In this document: positions 38,413 to 51,423 of the stretch, piece after piece | Numbering within the stretch: position 1 is the stretch's first letter | How the letters are laid out: each line of letters begins with the position of its first letter | Assembly (NCBI GenBank): GCA_964187785.1 | Contig: OZ076409.1 | Coordinates: 99,450,001 to 99,514,000, forward strand | DNA from: Amphiscolops sp. MND2022 | Taxonomy: Eukaryota | Direction: 5' to 3' | Length of the DNA stretch: 64,000 bases | Notes under the pieces: generated by a model | Database searches by the model: none | The model's input: only the letters and a program-made list of their open reading frames with translations | What the model was told of the DNA's origin: nothing | Translations under genes and position numbers: made by a program

Positions 38413-40565
38413 AGAGTTTGTGCGTATAAAGATTACGCATTCGTTAAGGAAAAGTAACCCATAATTCACACTTCATCATAAATTTTATAAGAAGCGCTTT
38501 TCTGATGGTTAATACAAACACCTAATTGTTAATACGTAGCGTAATACGGAAAGCGCAATATTTTGACGAGTTTTGCTGAATATGGCCTTTTTACCAATGG
38601 TTTCAATTTTCCGGAAAAAAACAACGAACGCTCTCAGTTAAAAAAACCTCCATATATAAGTCACGAGGGAAATATGTAATGTTTGTAGTTTTTTGGACAA
38701 TTGAGCAAGTTTTATTGAGTCATTTTCTCATGCGTGTGATGTGTAAAACTAACCTCTCTGCTGTGTTATTCTAACGAATTTTGTCATTATTTGATTTTTT
38801 ACTCGAAAGATAGACCTCGTCACAAACAATTTTTAGAACGGAAGGTTATTTCCAGAGCGCAAATAGTCATGGAAACTCTTTTTAGTAAAGCATAAAATGA
38901 AAATTTTGAACAAGTTTTTGAAAAAAAATGTTTCTAAACTGGTTCAGGGAGGAAAACATCTCAGTGCTTAGCAGACTTATTTGTTGAATTTATTCGAGCA
39001 CCACACTTTGGGTCTGTCCTTTTAGTCGGCGCTTTATAAAATGAACGCGATTAATATAGCCAGTTTTTGTCGGTTTTTTTTCTTTTTTTTTCAATTCGGT
39101 CAAAATGGCCATTTTCATGACGAATACCAAAATCCAAAAAGCTACAAAAAAGACAGATTGGCAAATTCATCGAAAGGGTCTCTCTTCTCAGAACTGTGCG
39201 ACTTTTTTCCGAAAACTTCAATTTTCCAAAAGGCTTCATTTGATTACTTTTAATATGTTTGGATATGAAGCCGAAAATACCCTTGTGGGTGTTTGGGCAC
39301 TGTGCATTTTTAAACAAGACGCCCGCTAAGCACCGGATATTTTCTGCCTTGTTCTTCTTATTCTGTTTTTCTTCGCCAATTGCATTTTCTCATTTTCCTC
39401 AAGAAATATTTAATGATTTCAATGCCGATCTCCATCCACTACTTCATCAATCCACTTCATCTATGAAACTAGAATAGTCAAGTAACTAGAATAGTCAAGT
39501 AACTAATTTAGGCACTAACTGAAGTGGATAGAGATCGTGGAGATTTGGCACAATTGGAAAAAAAACGCAACACAGATCATGATTTTCATCCCCCATTGTA
39601 TGTAGGCGGAAAATAAAACCTAATTTCACCAAAGTTCTCGTTTTGGCTTTATGTTTTCTGGTGGGAAGGAAGCTGAAAAGCTTTCTTCTTCGATATTTCC
39701 GGTGAGAATAAAAGCAAACGAAACCTTTCAACCCCAAAAAGTCCTGAAAAGCGTTGTTTTTCGATATTTCTGGTAAGAATAAAAGCAAACGAAACCTTTC
39801 AACCCCAAAAGGTCCGTGAAGTTAGGGATTTTTTAAAGAGACAATCCTTGACGCTTTGACAATCTTTTGCTCTTTTTAGTCGGCGCTTTTATTAATAAAA
39901 GAGCCCGACTAATACAGTCACTCGTTTTTTTTATTTAATACAGACTCGAAGCGACGAACATTAACGTTCAGTATCTTCAACTAAAGGAAACTAAACGAAT
40001 ACTCCGGAAACGCATTTAATTTATTCCAAAGGGTCCCCCCTTTGGTTTTTTATTCATGAAAACGTCCTATGCATATTTCAAATCTGTGCGTTTTCAGCCT
40101 TAGATATAGCGCCGCCTTTAGACGTTCCCGTCTTGTTGAGCCTTAAAAGAGCGCCGAATTATGCCGTTCCCTGACTGATCGTTTGCTCATGAATTGACAT
40201 AAAAATTTAATTCGGCGCACCGCAAAAGTCTCCAAAAGCTCAAATAACTACTTCCAAAAAGGCTCAGAGTTGCTATTTTGTTAATATTTGGGGAATCTAT
40301 CATCTTTCAGTGCCAAAAAACACGAAAAGTTTTGGGGTGACAAACGCAACTCCACTCGAAGAAAACTTCCAAAAAAGTCACACAGTGCCGAAAAATTTTG
40401 AAAGGAGCTTTTTTATCGTTTAGCCCTATAAAAAGCGTGAAGGCGTCTTGGTTCTTCTTAACATTTGCTGCAGGAAGATTTGAATGAGATTGAGAAACTT
40501 GAACCAAGAAATGCGAGGTTGGAAAAACAAAATTAAAGTCTTAATAAAACAAGAACGTCTCTATT

Positions 40566-43500
40566 TGTTGTAATTTTATGATACAAGAATTTACTTTATA
40601 TCAAGACTGTATTTTATCTCGTAGCTTTTCTTACTAAACGAACTTTAGTATGATAAAGATGATACAGTATAGGCAGGTACTTCAGACTAATTAAATAACA
40701 ATAAGAATAATAGTGTCTAAAGTATGAAGTTTGTCCTCTAGCTTATTCAGCTATGCCACATTCCCCCCACTGTGATTGGATGTAGCTTAGCCAATGGGGA
40801 GTGTGTATTCTACTGTTGAGGCGGTTTTCCGTCCAGAGCTGTTGTCAATGTTCACGGTGTTCCTTGTACTTCCTTCTTTTGTGGTCCGGTTGTCAGGATG
40901 TTCTTCCGGAGTGGTCCATTTGGTTTGCTGGATCAGTTGTTGTCCATATTGTCCTCGGTGTCCGGTGTGTTTTCCCGGCCATTCAGTCTTTTGACGGTAT
41001 TTCCTGTAATCAGATGGTACTGGGTTATTAAGCCTAATTATTGGGTTGGTTTTTGTCAAGCGTTTCGATCCACGTAAATTATGTTCTTTTGTTTCTTGTT
41101 CTATTTCGGTACTTGAACTGAGATTGCTAAGTAATTCTAGTTCTGAGGTGTCTTGTTCAGTGTAACTATTTTCTACATTGTCTTCTTCCCCTCCTTTGGG
41201 GGATTGGTAGTTATTTTGAATTACCTTACCGTTATTGTCTTTGAGGTGTAACTCTGTGTTTGCCCTTCTGGCATCCTCAATGACGCGGTCTATTTCCGCG
41301 TCCGTCATGTTCTCCGTTACCACTGTTGACGGTCCAATGCTTGATTGTTGGTCCGGGTTGGTATGTGTTTCTCCCGGAGAGCCAGAGTTTTGACGGTTTC
41401 TGATTAGCTTTGGCCGTCCCCTGCCGATTGTGCTGTGTTTTGGAGGCGGTGTTGTGTGTTCTCCAAATGTTGTAGTTGCTGTGGCGATCGCTACCGGTGA
41501 GGCTTCTCCATGGTCGCTGTCTGAGTCTTGGACATTGAATATCCTCGTTGATTTGGTAAAGCGGCCATCTGGGCCTCGTGGTCCGGTGCCCCGGTTGGTG
41601 TTGTTTTCCTGTACAATTTCAGAAATGAGTTTACTAATATGTTTTCTGTGCAAGATTTTATTATCTAACGTTGTTATTGTATGTTTGGTGCCCGATATGG
41701 CTATTTGTGTTTTATCGGAATATGCACTTTCAAACTTCAGTTTATTTATTTTCTTTTCAAAGAAAAGGAAAGGGTATTTACAAACACCTTTTTCTCTATT
41801 CTTCTGTTTCATCGGTAGCTGGTCAGAGGCACCGCAAGCTCCGCTGAATGAGTACATCTGTAAGGTGTCTAGTTTTGCTGAAATACAACTTTTTGTAATA
41901 GTTTTTAGTGCGTCTAGATTTAACATATTGCTTATTTCCGTGTTCGGGTCGCGTCCGTGGTGTAGCTCAAATGCGGACTTCTTCAGTCTTGTATGGGGTG
42001 TTTTCCGCATGATTTCCAGAGCTATATCTAAAGCTTTACCGAATTTCTCTCTGGCCTTGATATTGGTTAGAAGTGTTTCTTTCAATGATCTTACGCCGCG
42101 TTCAACCAATCCTGTCGGTGTATGGATATACGGTGTCCCGTATATTAATTTTATCTGATGATTTTTGCAAAAGTCTCTAAATGTACGGCCCGTGAATGCG
42201 GTAACTTTGTCCGTCCTAATGGTTTTCGGAATGCCGTTCAGATTTATGTACTGTTCTAAAAATCTAACCGCCGTTTGTGCGTCTGTGGTTTTACATAAGC
42301 TAGCTGCGGGCCATTTTCTAAATCGGTCCATTGAAAGTAAAATGTAAAATGTTTGGTTCTTTTCACTTACGGGGCCGATGAAATCCATTTGGATTTCTTC
42401 GTTCGGTTTATTTACCGGTGGTAATTGACTTACTTCCGTACTAGGAATGTTAGGTTTAATGCTCTTACCGAACATTTTGCACGGTACGCAGCCATCGCAC
42501 TTTTTTGGGATAGCTTCCATCAGCTTTGGCCACCAGAAATGTCTTGCTGCCATCGACATCTTGTTAATGGCGGGATGTCCCTTGTGGAGGAGGCTGATTA
42601 TTGTGTTCCGCAGGTTCTTCGGGACAATTATTCTATCTTCGAAGAATACCATTCCGTATCTGGTGGAGAGCTTTTTCTTATACATGATGTATTCTTCGGG
42701 CATGTTGTCGTGTTGCTGGCGTTCCAAACATACCAGCGTTTTGAGGAGGCTAGGGTCATTTGTGGTCTCCGACATTAGTAGTTGGAGATCTGTAGGGAAA
42801 TTCTTTTCGGTTTCTCAGACAGCGTTCCCTAGGTCCCAATTGTTTTGTTCCTCAGCATCTACTCTGGGAGCGTGACCCATCTTTATGTACTGGACGCTTT
42901 TGACGCCCACGTATTTGGCCCAATTGATGGCCGGAACTTCTAGGACGGACGGGTCCTGATCGGTATCTGATCCGATTTCGCCTTCTTCCATTGGGGCGTA
43001 CAGCGTGACCGGAGATGATGTCCCGGGTTGCTCTTGTGGTCGCTGTGGGCGATCTAGTTCCCAGAATGGGTCAACGGTCCATTGTTCATTTAGCCGTTGT
43101 TGTGGCTGAAATCCCTGCGGTTGTTGTTGTTGTTGTCCCGGTAAGTTTTGTATGGCTAATTGTAGGCGTTCTTCTATTATTTTCCGTTCATGCTGGGTGT
43201 TTATTTTCCAGTGTTTGGTCAATTTTCTCTTGGAATATCGTCGGGATGTCGGCTAGCCCGTAAAAGCCTTTTAAAAATCGGTAATAACCGGTAAATGTTC
43301 CCCCGGTTACTGCGAAGATACATAAGTCCATTGCTTTTTTTGATAGTTTAAGTTGACCGTATGCATACTCTAAATCGAACTTCGAAATCCAGATTTCGTC
43401 TGCCGGTCCGTCTGCGATTTTTCTGGAGATTCTCGATATTAATTCCTCCATATTGGGCATTTTTGCCTTTCTTTTTATTGTTATTTCGTTTAATTTTCTT

Positions 43501-45455
43501 GAGTCCAGTGCAATTTTTACCGACTTATCTTTTTTGATGGTGAATACCGCTGGGCTTACGAAACAATTTTCGTCAATATTTTCAGCTTTTTCGATGTGGC
43601 CCAATTTTTTCAGTTTTTCAATTTCTCTACCCACTGCTTGTTGTAAATGGATAGGAATGGGCCTACCTTTTTGTTGGATCAGCTTTGCGTCATCTTTTAA
43701 TTGTATATCAACTTCCACGTTTTTTACCGTGTGGTTTGTTGAAAATATTTTATGGAACTTACTTTTCAGTGGTGTTATTTCGTGTTCCGAGTTGCAGTTG
43801 ATTTGGTTCGGTTTGTCGGTGATGTGTTTTATTGTTTGGATGTTATTGTCCGTTTTCAGTGTGATTCCGAGTTTTCCCATCCAGTCTAATCCGAGTAGTG
43901 GGTGTGTTTGTTTAGTTGTTACCAGTAATTCAAGTTGTCTATCTTTACCGTCTATTATTATGTTGGCGGTTGTTTTCCCCTCGAATTTTATTTTGTTGTC
44001 GTTCACGTCCCGGTAATCTATAGTTACCGGCTTCATTGTTGTAATATTGTTGAATTTTGATTTTGGAATTAGAGTTATTGGAGAGCCTGTATCGACGATG
44101 AATTTGATTGGTCGGTTATTAACCAATAACGTTTTGGTATAGAACGGTGGTCCGTTCTTGCTTCCATTGCCCAGTGGGTTGATTTTTTGTTAAATTCAGT
44201 ATATTCTGTCTGGTGTCCACTTGTCTTCGTCTGCGCTATATGCTTCCTCATCTGCTATATGGTTTATTTTTCTCCCAGACCGGCAGCATTTAGCATAATG
44301 TCCTAATTTACCGCATTTGGCATATTTCTTTCCTTTTGCGGGGCATTCGTGTTGTTTGGACCAGTTAGGCGCTCCGCATCTATTACAGTCCAGTCTTCTC
44401 GTGGTCTTCGGGTTTCGTTCGGTATGTTCTTTTCAATACTTTAGTTTTCTTTTTTCCACATGTCCGATTTTTTTGTCTTCGTCGGTTTCTGGAGATTCAT
44501 TTAATTTTTCATACATATATTCATGTTTTGCCTCTGTGATAGCCTCCACTGACATGTCGCTTTTTCTGATTTTCTTTTTAAATTCGTAATCGCCTGTGGA
44601 TTTCCCGATGAGCGATAGGAATTTTGATGCCAAAAGTTCGGCTGCCGTAATGGTTTCCCAGTTTTTTTCCACCTCCAGTATTCTCTTCCAGACGTCTGCG
44701 GTCGTTTCGTTTGATTCTCTTTTCAAATCGAAAAAGTCGGCCCTGCTATGTTGTACGTTCCGTTCTGAAGTGAAATGCAATCGAAATAGGCTGTATAGTC
44801 TGTGTAACGGTAGAGTGCTGGGTTCTCGTTCTCTCACCGTTTTTGTCATTTCTGATAGGGCACTTTGTCTAATTGCCCATAGAAACGTGTCTTTAATTTC
44901 TAGTTCCAGTTGATCGCGGAATTGTGGCAGGATTTCTTTTGGATTTACCAATTGTGATAAGTCGATGTCTTTCGTCATTTTAATATATTGGACAAATTTT
45001 CGCCACCACAGATTTGCGCTGGAGCTGTCGTGTTTTTCTAAGCTGGGAATGGTCAATTTCCGGGTACATGTCCGTTCTCCCGTTCTTGTTTATTGTTTCA
45101 TTGGGTATCAACTGACTGCTGCTGGATGATTGATCGGTTGCCCGGTCAGGCTGTTCCCCCGTTGGAAGGGTGATGTTCGTGTCTTCCATTCTTTGGTAAT
45201 TGATGGGTTGATCACGAATAATTGTGGTAATTGTCAGTTATACTGACACTGACTGCGCCATGTTGTAACTTTATGATACAAGAATTTACTTTATATCAAG
45301 ACTGTCTTTTATCTCGTAGCTTTTCTTACTAAACGAACTTTAGTATGATAAAGATGATACAGTATAGGCAGGTACTTCAGACTAATTAAATAACAATAAG
45401 AATAATAGTGTCTAAAGTATGAAGTTTGTCCTCTAGCTTATTCAGCTATGCCACA
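40566..45455 (-). mobile_element. Internally deleted Ty3/Gypsy LTR retrotransposon (Mag-like)
   Basis: 195-bp LTRs at 45261-45455 and 40566-40760 (TG..CA, 2 mismatches); TSD CTATT on both sides; PBS TGGCGCAGTCAG at 45260-45249; PPT GTGGGGGGAA at 40770-40761. Confidence 0.97.
40787..45189 (-). pseudogene. Disrupted gag-pol of Gypsy element 2: gag, protease, N-terminal RT and integrase present; RT C-terminus and RNase H missing
   Basis: FIVDTGS protease; RT to FQEKIDQTLENKHPA, then an abrupt jump to the pre-integrase linker near 43190; integrase HKGH..CVPC, MDFIGP, RTD, VERG. Confidence 0.92.
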
Positions 45456-47125
45456 CTATTCGTTGCCCTGCGTGAGGCTCGAAAAGCGCAAATGCTCATA
45501 AATATATATGCTCGGAGTGGCTTCTAGCAAATTCTCATAAAAATCAGGAAATTTTCCAAAAAGTTCAAGAAGGCATCATGTGGACTTGTAATAGCTGGCT
45601 ATAGCTAATCTGGTTAGAGAAGAGATTCTAGAGCAAGGCAATACTGTATTCTAGAGAAGATCATATGATGAATGGTCGCAGTAACTTTTCAGATTGATAC
45701 AGTTTTATTTGTAAACAACTTACTGAATTGAATTATTTCAACTGCTCTTCTTCTAAGAGTTTAGTTCGAGACTGCTCTCTCACAGGAACAAAAAACAATT
45801 TTCTCTCATTGTAAACATTGAATGCAACGCTTTGATCGTGTTAAAGATTGCCAATCTTGAAAATATTAGTCTTCGACACGGTTCAAACCGATCACAATCT
45901 CTCAATGTGAACTATCAATGTGAGTGAACTATCAATGCGAGGTCTGTGTTCTGAAAAAAAAACTCGGCGCTGTAAGATATCGGCACTTTTTTTTACAAAA
46001 AGTGTCATCTGAAAAACCTTACTAGACGGTAACGTCTAAAAAGTGCAAGGTCTTTAAAATGTGCTTGATGAAATGTTTCAGAATGTTTCCAAATTTCAAA
46101 AGTGTTTCATTAAATTTCCAAAAAATCTCAGGGTGTCTAAAACACCATTTGGTCATAAAAAGACATATTTTAACTGAAAATGTTAAAAAATCCAAAAAGA
46201 CCCTTTTGGGCGCAGAGCAACTTTTCCCTTATTTTTCAAGTATTTAAAAAATTACACAGTGCCGGAAAAAAACATTTGATTTCTTTCAATTTCGTAGATC
46301 ATGTACGGTACTGTGATTAAGAAAACGTCCACCGGGGCGATTTTAGGTTCGATTATCTCGCAATCAGTTGAGAATTTTGAAAAACATTAGAATTAAGAGT
46401 TACTTAGAATTTCATCTAGTTTACATAAATGATTTTTAAATTTTTCTGGGAGAAAAATTGAGAAAGTTACAATTAGCTGATTTTGAGCAATTTTGGGGCT
46501 TTTTTCCGTTTTACCAATTTTTGACCGTTTTATCCACAGTTTTTTTGGCAAGTTTCATGCTCAAATAACTCGCACAAATCTACTGAATCTATGGATATTT
46601 TTCGATTTCAAAAATTATCAACCGTTTTTGAAATACCATACGCTCGAAAGGTAAAATTTCGTCGATTTACATGTATTAAGATGGGAAATGAACGTTTCGC
46701 ACCGGAAAACAGCGATTATTTTTTTCATTTAGAATGTTTTTGAAACAAAAAATATATCATTGAATTCTATACAATCTGCAGAAATCGATGAATTTAAAAT
46801 TTTCCGGAAAATATTTCAAAAACCTGCCCAAAACTGGGAAAATAGCAAAAGTGTTCTTTCTGTGCCGGAGATTTAACTTGATGCGCCAATTAGAATTGAA
46901 AGTGAGAGCAAATACGCAATTCTAATTGGTCGATAACTACGCTCAGCGCATAGGGGGACGATTTCTTAATCACAGTACTGTATAATTGAGGAAAAATGAA
47001 AAGGAGGACTTCAGCCCTGATTAGATGTTCGTCTAGAAGCTTGTAAAAAAGTGGACCATTCAGACTGAAAATTGTCATCTTACAATAACAAAACGGGAAC
47101 GTCTAAAGTCGGCGCTATATCTAAG

Positions 47126-48052
47126 CCCTAGGTTACAGGAATCACAAATCTTGCAAAATTCAACCGAAATTCTTGCCAATTTTGCTTTTCTTACAAAAAT
47201 CTTATAAATTTGTACAAGAACCGCAAATTTTGCAAATTTGTTACAATGTCGAACATTTTTTACAAGATTCTGATAACATTTTTGCAAAAGTTGCATTTTT
47301 TTCGTAACAAATTCTTACAAAAAATACAAAGTGATATTTCGACCAAAAATTCAAAAATCATCAAATACCAGCAACAACAGCCACATTTACCGTTTACAAT
47401 GCACAGACTGCCCCAGGATCACAGAAAAATGATCAAAATAGTTAATTTTGACCAAGAAGAATTTACATGCAATTTTACCCTCCCCCCGAAAGTTACTATA
47501 ACGTATTCCGGTAACCCACCACCGACTAACAATGCATTAATTTACACACCAATGCAAAACCAAAATACCCTTATATGTCTAGCAGGTCAAACTACGACTC
47601 AGTGGATAACTCTGGATCAAAAATCATCACAAGCAACCCACTCAATGTTTGAAACCAGCAAGAAAAGGGAAAAAACCACATCAGGAATGTCAGTCTGAAA
47701 ACTTTAAGTCCACAGCTCCGAACGGTGAAAGTTCAGAGGCTATTACTGTTGCGAACCAAATGCATCGTACTACGCTTCACCTATCTCTCAATAACGGATG
47801 ATGCAATTGTATCATACTTCCCGTTCAGATAGTGATTTTTGAAGGCGATCAGATTTTATCTGAGGCAAGAAAAAATGCAATTTTTGTAAGAAATTTGTCA
47901 GAATTATGCATTTTTTGTAACATTCTGAGCAGAAAAATGCAAATCTTGGAAGATTTTTGCAAGAGTTAGATTCTAAAAATGCATTTTCTTAGAAGATCTT
48001 ACAAGAATTCTTGTAAGAATTTTCCAAGAGTTGTGGTTTTTGTAACCTAGGG
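47126..48052. mobile_element. CCC..GGG MITE inserted in a Helentron-like copy
   Basis: TIR CCCTAGGTTACA; splits the host consensus ATATCTAAGGCTCAAAA, duplicating AG (2-bp TSD). Confidence 0.85.
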
Positions 48053-50524
48053 AGGCTCAAAATGCGCGAAAGACTTTTTTTAAAAAAAAACTTGAAATTT
48101 TTGATTTTTTTTCAGAAAATGTCGCATAGTGCCGAAAAATGTAAAAGGGGGGACCCTTTGGGCTTTATTAACATTTATTCTGTTGCAAAATATCAAAAAA
48201 CTCGAAAGGGGGACTCTTTTGAGACATTAAAAATTTTCGAAAAAAGTAGCACAATGCCGAAAAAATCGAACCATTTAGTCTCGTCCGGTTTTGTAGGTTA
48301 CGGTAAAAAAGTAAAAAATGAAAGGGGGAAAATGAAAGAAATGAAATTTCCGCTGACCGGACTTGGCCTCTTATGCTAGTAGTTTTAGTAGTTTCGATTG
48401 TAAGAAAAGTGGCCCAATCAGAGTGAGATTGTAGTCTGACGAAAAAAAAAGAAAAAAAACTAGCCATTGTAAGATTCGGGCACTTTTCCCTAGAAAATAG
48501 AAAAGCGCCGACTAAAAACAAACATGTCTCTGTAAGGAGTCGGGCACCATTTTTTTAACAAAAAAGTGCCGACTAAAAAGATTCGAACAAAAATCCGCGA
48601 GAGCTTTCTAGATACTAATTTCTCAAAAAGGGAACTTTTCTCAACTAATTTCTCAAAGTGCCTTTTATTGAATCCAACTAGCTCTACTCACAGTGGCTAC
48701 TCGCTGCAGTTTAAAGATCCTTATAAATTTTAGTGAAAAAGTGTGATTTTTTGGCATTTTGTCTGTACAGCGAAACTCGTTCTCTTCTGCTCCGTTAAAG
48801 TATTAGACCCTTTCCTTTGAGCATGAATTCTCGATACTATTTCTCAAAAAACTCAATTTATAGGCTCTAGTTATTTGCCTTTGTTTTCAATAGGTGGTAA
48901 GAAATTAAGCAAGAACCTATAAAAGTGACGGTTTACATCAAATTCTTCAACGTATGTACGCACATTACGGTTTACAGTTAGGCTGAAGACAAATTACCGC
49001 AGATTTTCTCTTTTGTATGTTTTGGGAAGCAATTTTTATGGAATTGGAATTTTCGAATTGGTCGTAGAAAGACTCAGTGTATTCATAAGTGTTCTCTGTT
49101 TCACGGTGTTTCAAAATATTCCGTGAATTAGACTAGAAGGCATATGGAAAACATAGAATGTTTCATCTCAATTGTTTTGAACATTTATTATCACTTGCTC
49201 TTAACTCTCACACTTTAAGTTTCACACTTTCGTTCAAATTTGGTACATTGATCAACTGCCTCCCTCCTAAAACTCAAACTTATTCGCGTCTAGTTCTGAA
49301 TACGAAGTTACGTCACTTTGAAAGTAAATACGTGTTTGAATGAATTACCGATAAATTTAATTTACAAATGTTGTCACAGAGAACAGTTTTGAACGGTAAG
49401 CAGTTAAACTAATAATTGGTCAACTAATTGGGAAAATTTGAACAGGATTCAATTAATCCATTGCTCGTTTTGACCTTGTTTCTTATCGCTAAAAGCGGTC
49501 GCTGACGGATAAAAGCAGAACATTTTTTATGTCGACATCATTTGTGTAGAAAACTTAGAGACATTTATCCATTAATGTAAACGTAACCCCGGTAGCCGTT
49601 CGTATAACCCAACGAACGAGTTTCAAGAAGAACGAATGCAAAGCCGATCTCGAATCTGATTGGATGACGAAATGAATAATTGTTATACGAACGGCTACCG
49701 AAGCCATGTTGCTGCATTCCGATTAAATCCATTTTCAATTCTACTCATCACTGCCAGTAATGATTACGTAATCGGTAGATGTCGGCTGTAGATTTCCGGC
49801 TTTAGATTTTTTCGTCTCGAAGTTCGTTCGGCTATACAACCTACCACCGATAATTCCATGTTTTACATTGAGTGGCAGTTAAAATCTGCCCACTTACTTC
49901 AATCGAGGAAAGTTTTGACTTTTATAAAGATTTCCCGATTCGATATAGGCTCCTTTTCTAAAAGGGATTGTTGCTGTGCAGAGTCGAAAGAAAGGTACGC
50001 TTTTTTCAGGTGTGTTTTCGTATTGCAGCGAGCGATAAAATTGAGGTTTGTCTTACATCCGGGACATTCCTTATAAGAGAAACAGTAGTTTTATTATTTC
50101 ATTTTCAAGTATTGAAGTGGTTTCCGGTTATTGAAGAAAGGGGAGGATTTTGACAAGACACATGGATAAGACAATTTCATCACCAATTCCGAAAAACCTT
50201 TTTTAACCAAAATTATGCAAATCTTTTTAGAATATAGATTCATTTTAACAATTAAGGTTTAAAAACTTGTGTAAAGTTGAAAACTGTCTAAGTCAAAGTT
50301 TTGGCCGAACTCAATTTTTAATGATCAAAATCGTTCCTTCTGCCATTATGACTTTCTTGGGCTTCAAAGGTTTTGTAATGAAAAACTAACAATGTTACTA
50401 TGGGGGTAACGTTACTAACCCAAACACAGTGGCACCGTAATATTTCACGTTGGTTTTGATGTCGCAAAGTGAACAGTTTTCTGGAAAACTTTAAAAACCG
50501 CGCGCGGGTCCACTGACTACTAAC

Positions 50525-50699
50525 CGACTTGGGAGAAGAGGAGTTGCGTGGATGTGGAAATTTCTTGTCTGAACGTGTCAAAGGGCACTGACACGGGCAA
50601 GGTCAAAGTGCCATAGAGCAGGATTGAGTTGGATGTCTTGTTGCGGGATACCAGAAAGGGTGCACTCTCGAACCAGGCACTGGTCTCAGCTCTCGACAC
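50525..50699 (-). CDS. SDC: Syndecan-like gene, ectodomain exon
   Basis: tttgcAG acceptor, GTTAGT donor. 175 nt, phase 0 to 1. Encodes VSRAETSAWFESAPFLVSRNKTSNSILLYGTLTLPVSVPFDTFRQEISTSTQLLFSQV. Confidence 0.82.
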
Positions 50700-50726
50700 C
50701 TGCAAACACCCAAAACTCCTTATAAG

Positions 50727-51177
50727 TAAGGCAACCGCGATTTGCCCTTTATTTTAAAAAATTTTGCCCTTTATTTGCCGCCCTTTATTTTAAAATTTGC
50801 CCCTTATTTGCCCTTTATCGGCACGCGTTTGAAAGCGAGAATTTAACAAAAAAGTCAAATTCGTTTATTAAAGTGAAATGTTACAATAAATGCAAATGTA
50901 ATTCTCGATATTTGTAACATCAAAATTACGGTCCTTGGCTAGCATCTTGTTGAGTTTGCTAAATGGTTATTTCTGAGAATTTCTTGTACACAAACTCGCA
51001 CGACTCCTATTTCTCAGAAAAGGGGTGATTATACGTATACGAAAAAGTACAAGATTCGATGTATTTTGCCTTTTTTGCCTTTTATTAAAATTTTTGCCCC
51101 TAACCCACATTTCTGCCCTTTTTGCCCCTATTGCCCTTTTTGCCCCTATTGCCCTTTTGCCCTTTTTGGTTGCCCTA
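50727..51177. mobile_element. hAT-type MITE inside a short syndecan intron
   Basis: TIR TA(A/G)GGCAACC; perfect 8-bp TSD CTTATAAG; TTGCCC repeats at both ends. Confidence 0.88.
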
Positions 51178-51334
51178 CTTATAAGGTAATCTCACGTCTA
51201 TACCTGGTAGAATTGGTAGAATTTTCACACATTTTCGGCCAAGTGAAACCTTTTGTTTTTTTTCGGCCAAGTGAAACCTTTTGTTTTTTTAGGCCAAGTG
51301 TATATTGTAAATAAAAAAGCCAGTGATGACTAAC

Positions 51335-51423
51335 CAATTGTTGGACACGTTTGATGGCCACATTGTCTGGGAGGGCGTGTCCGTCAAGTACGGGAGGCAC
51401 CACAACTTTGACCTTGTACACGC
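51335..51423 (-). CDS. SDC: Syndecan-like gene, ectodomain exon
   Basis: ttgttcAG acceptor, GTTAGT donor. 89 nt, phase 1 to 0. Encodes (S)VYKVKVVVPPVLDGHALPDNVAIKRVQQL. GC-rich against AT-rich flanks. Confidence 0.82.

Noticed and set aside
49590..49700. Resemblance of the inverted repeat arms (GTTCGTATA) to lox-site arms
   Set aside because: The spacer is 73 bp rather than 8 bp and there is no recombinase gene; treated as coincidence.
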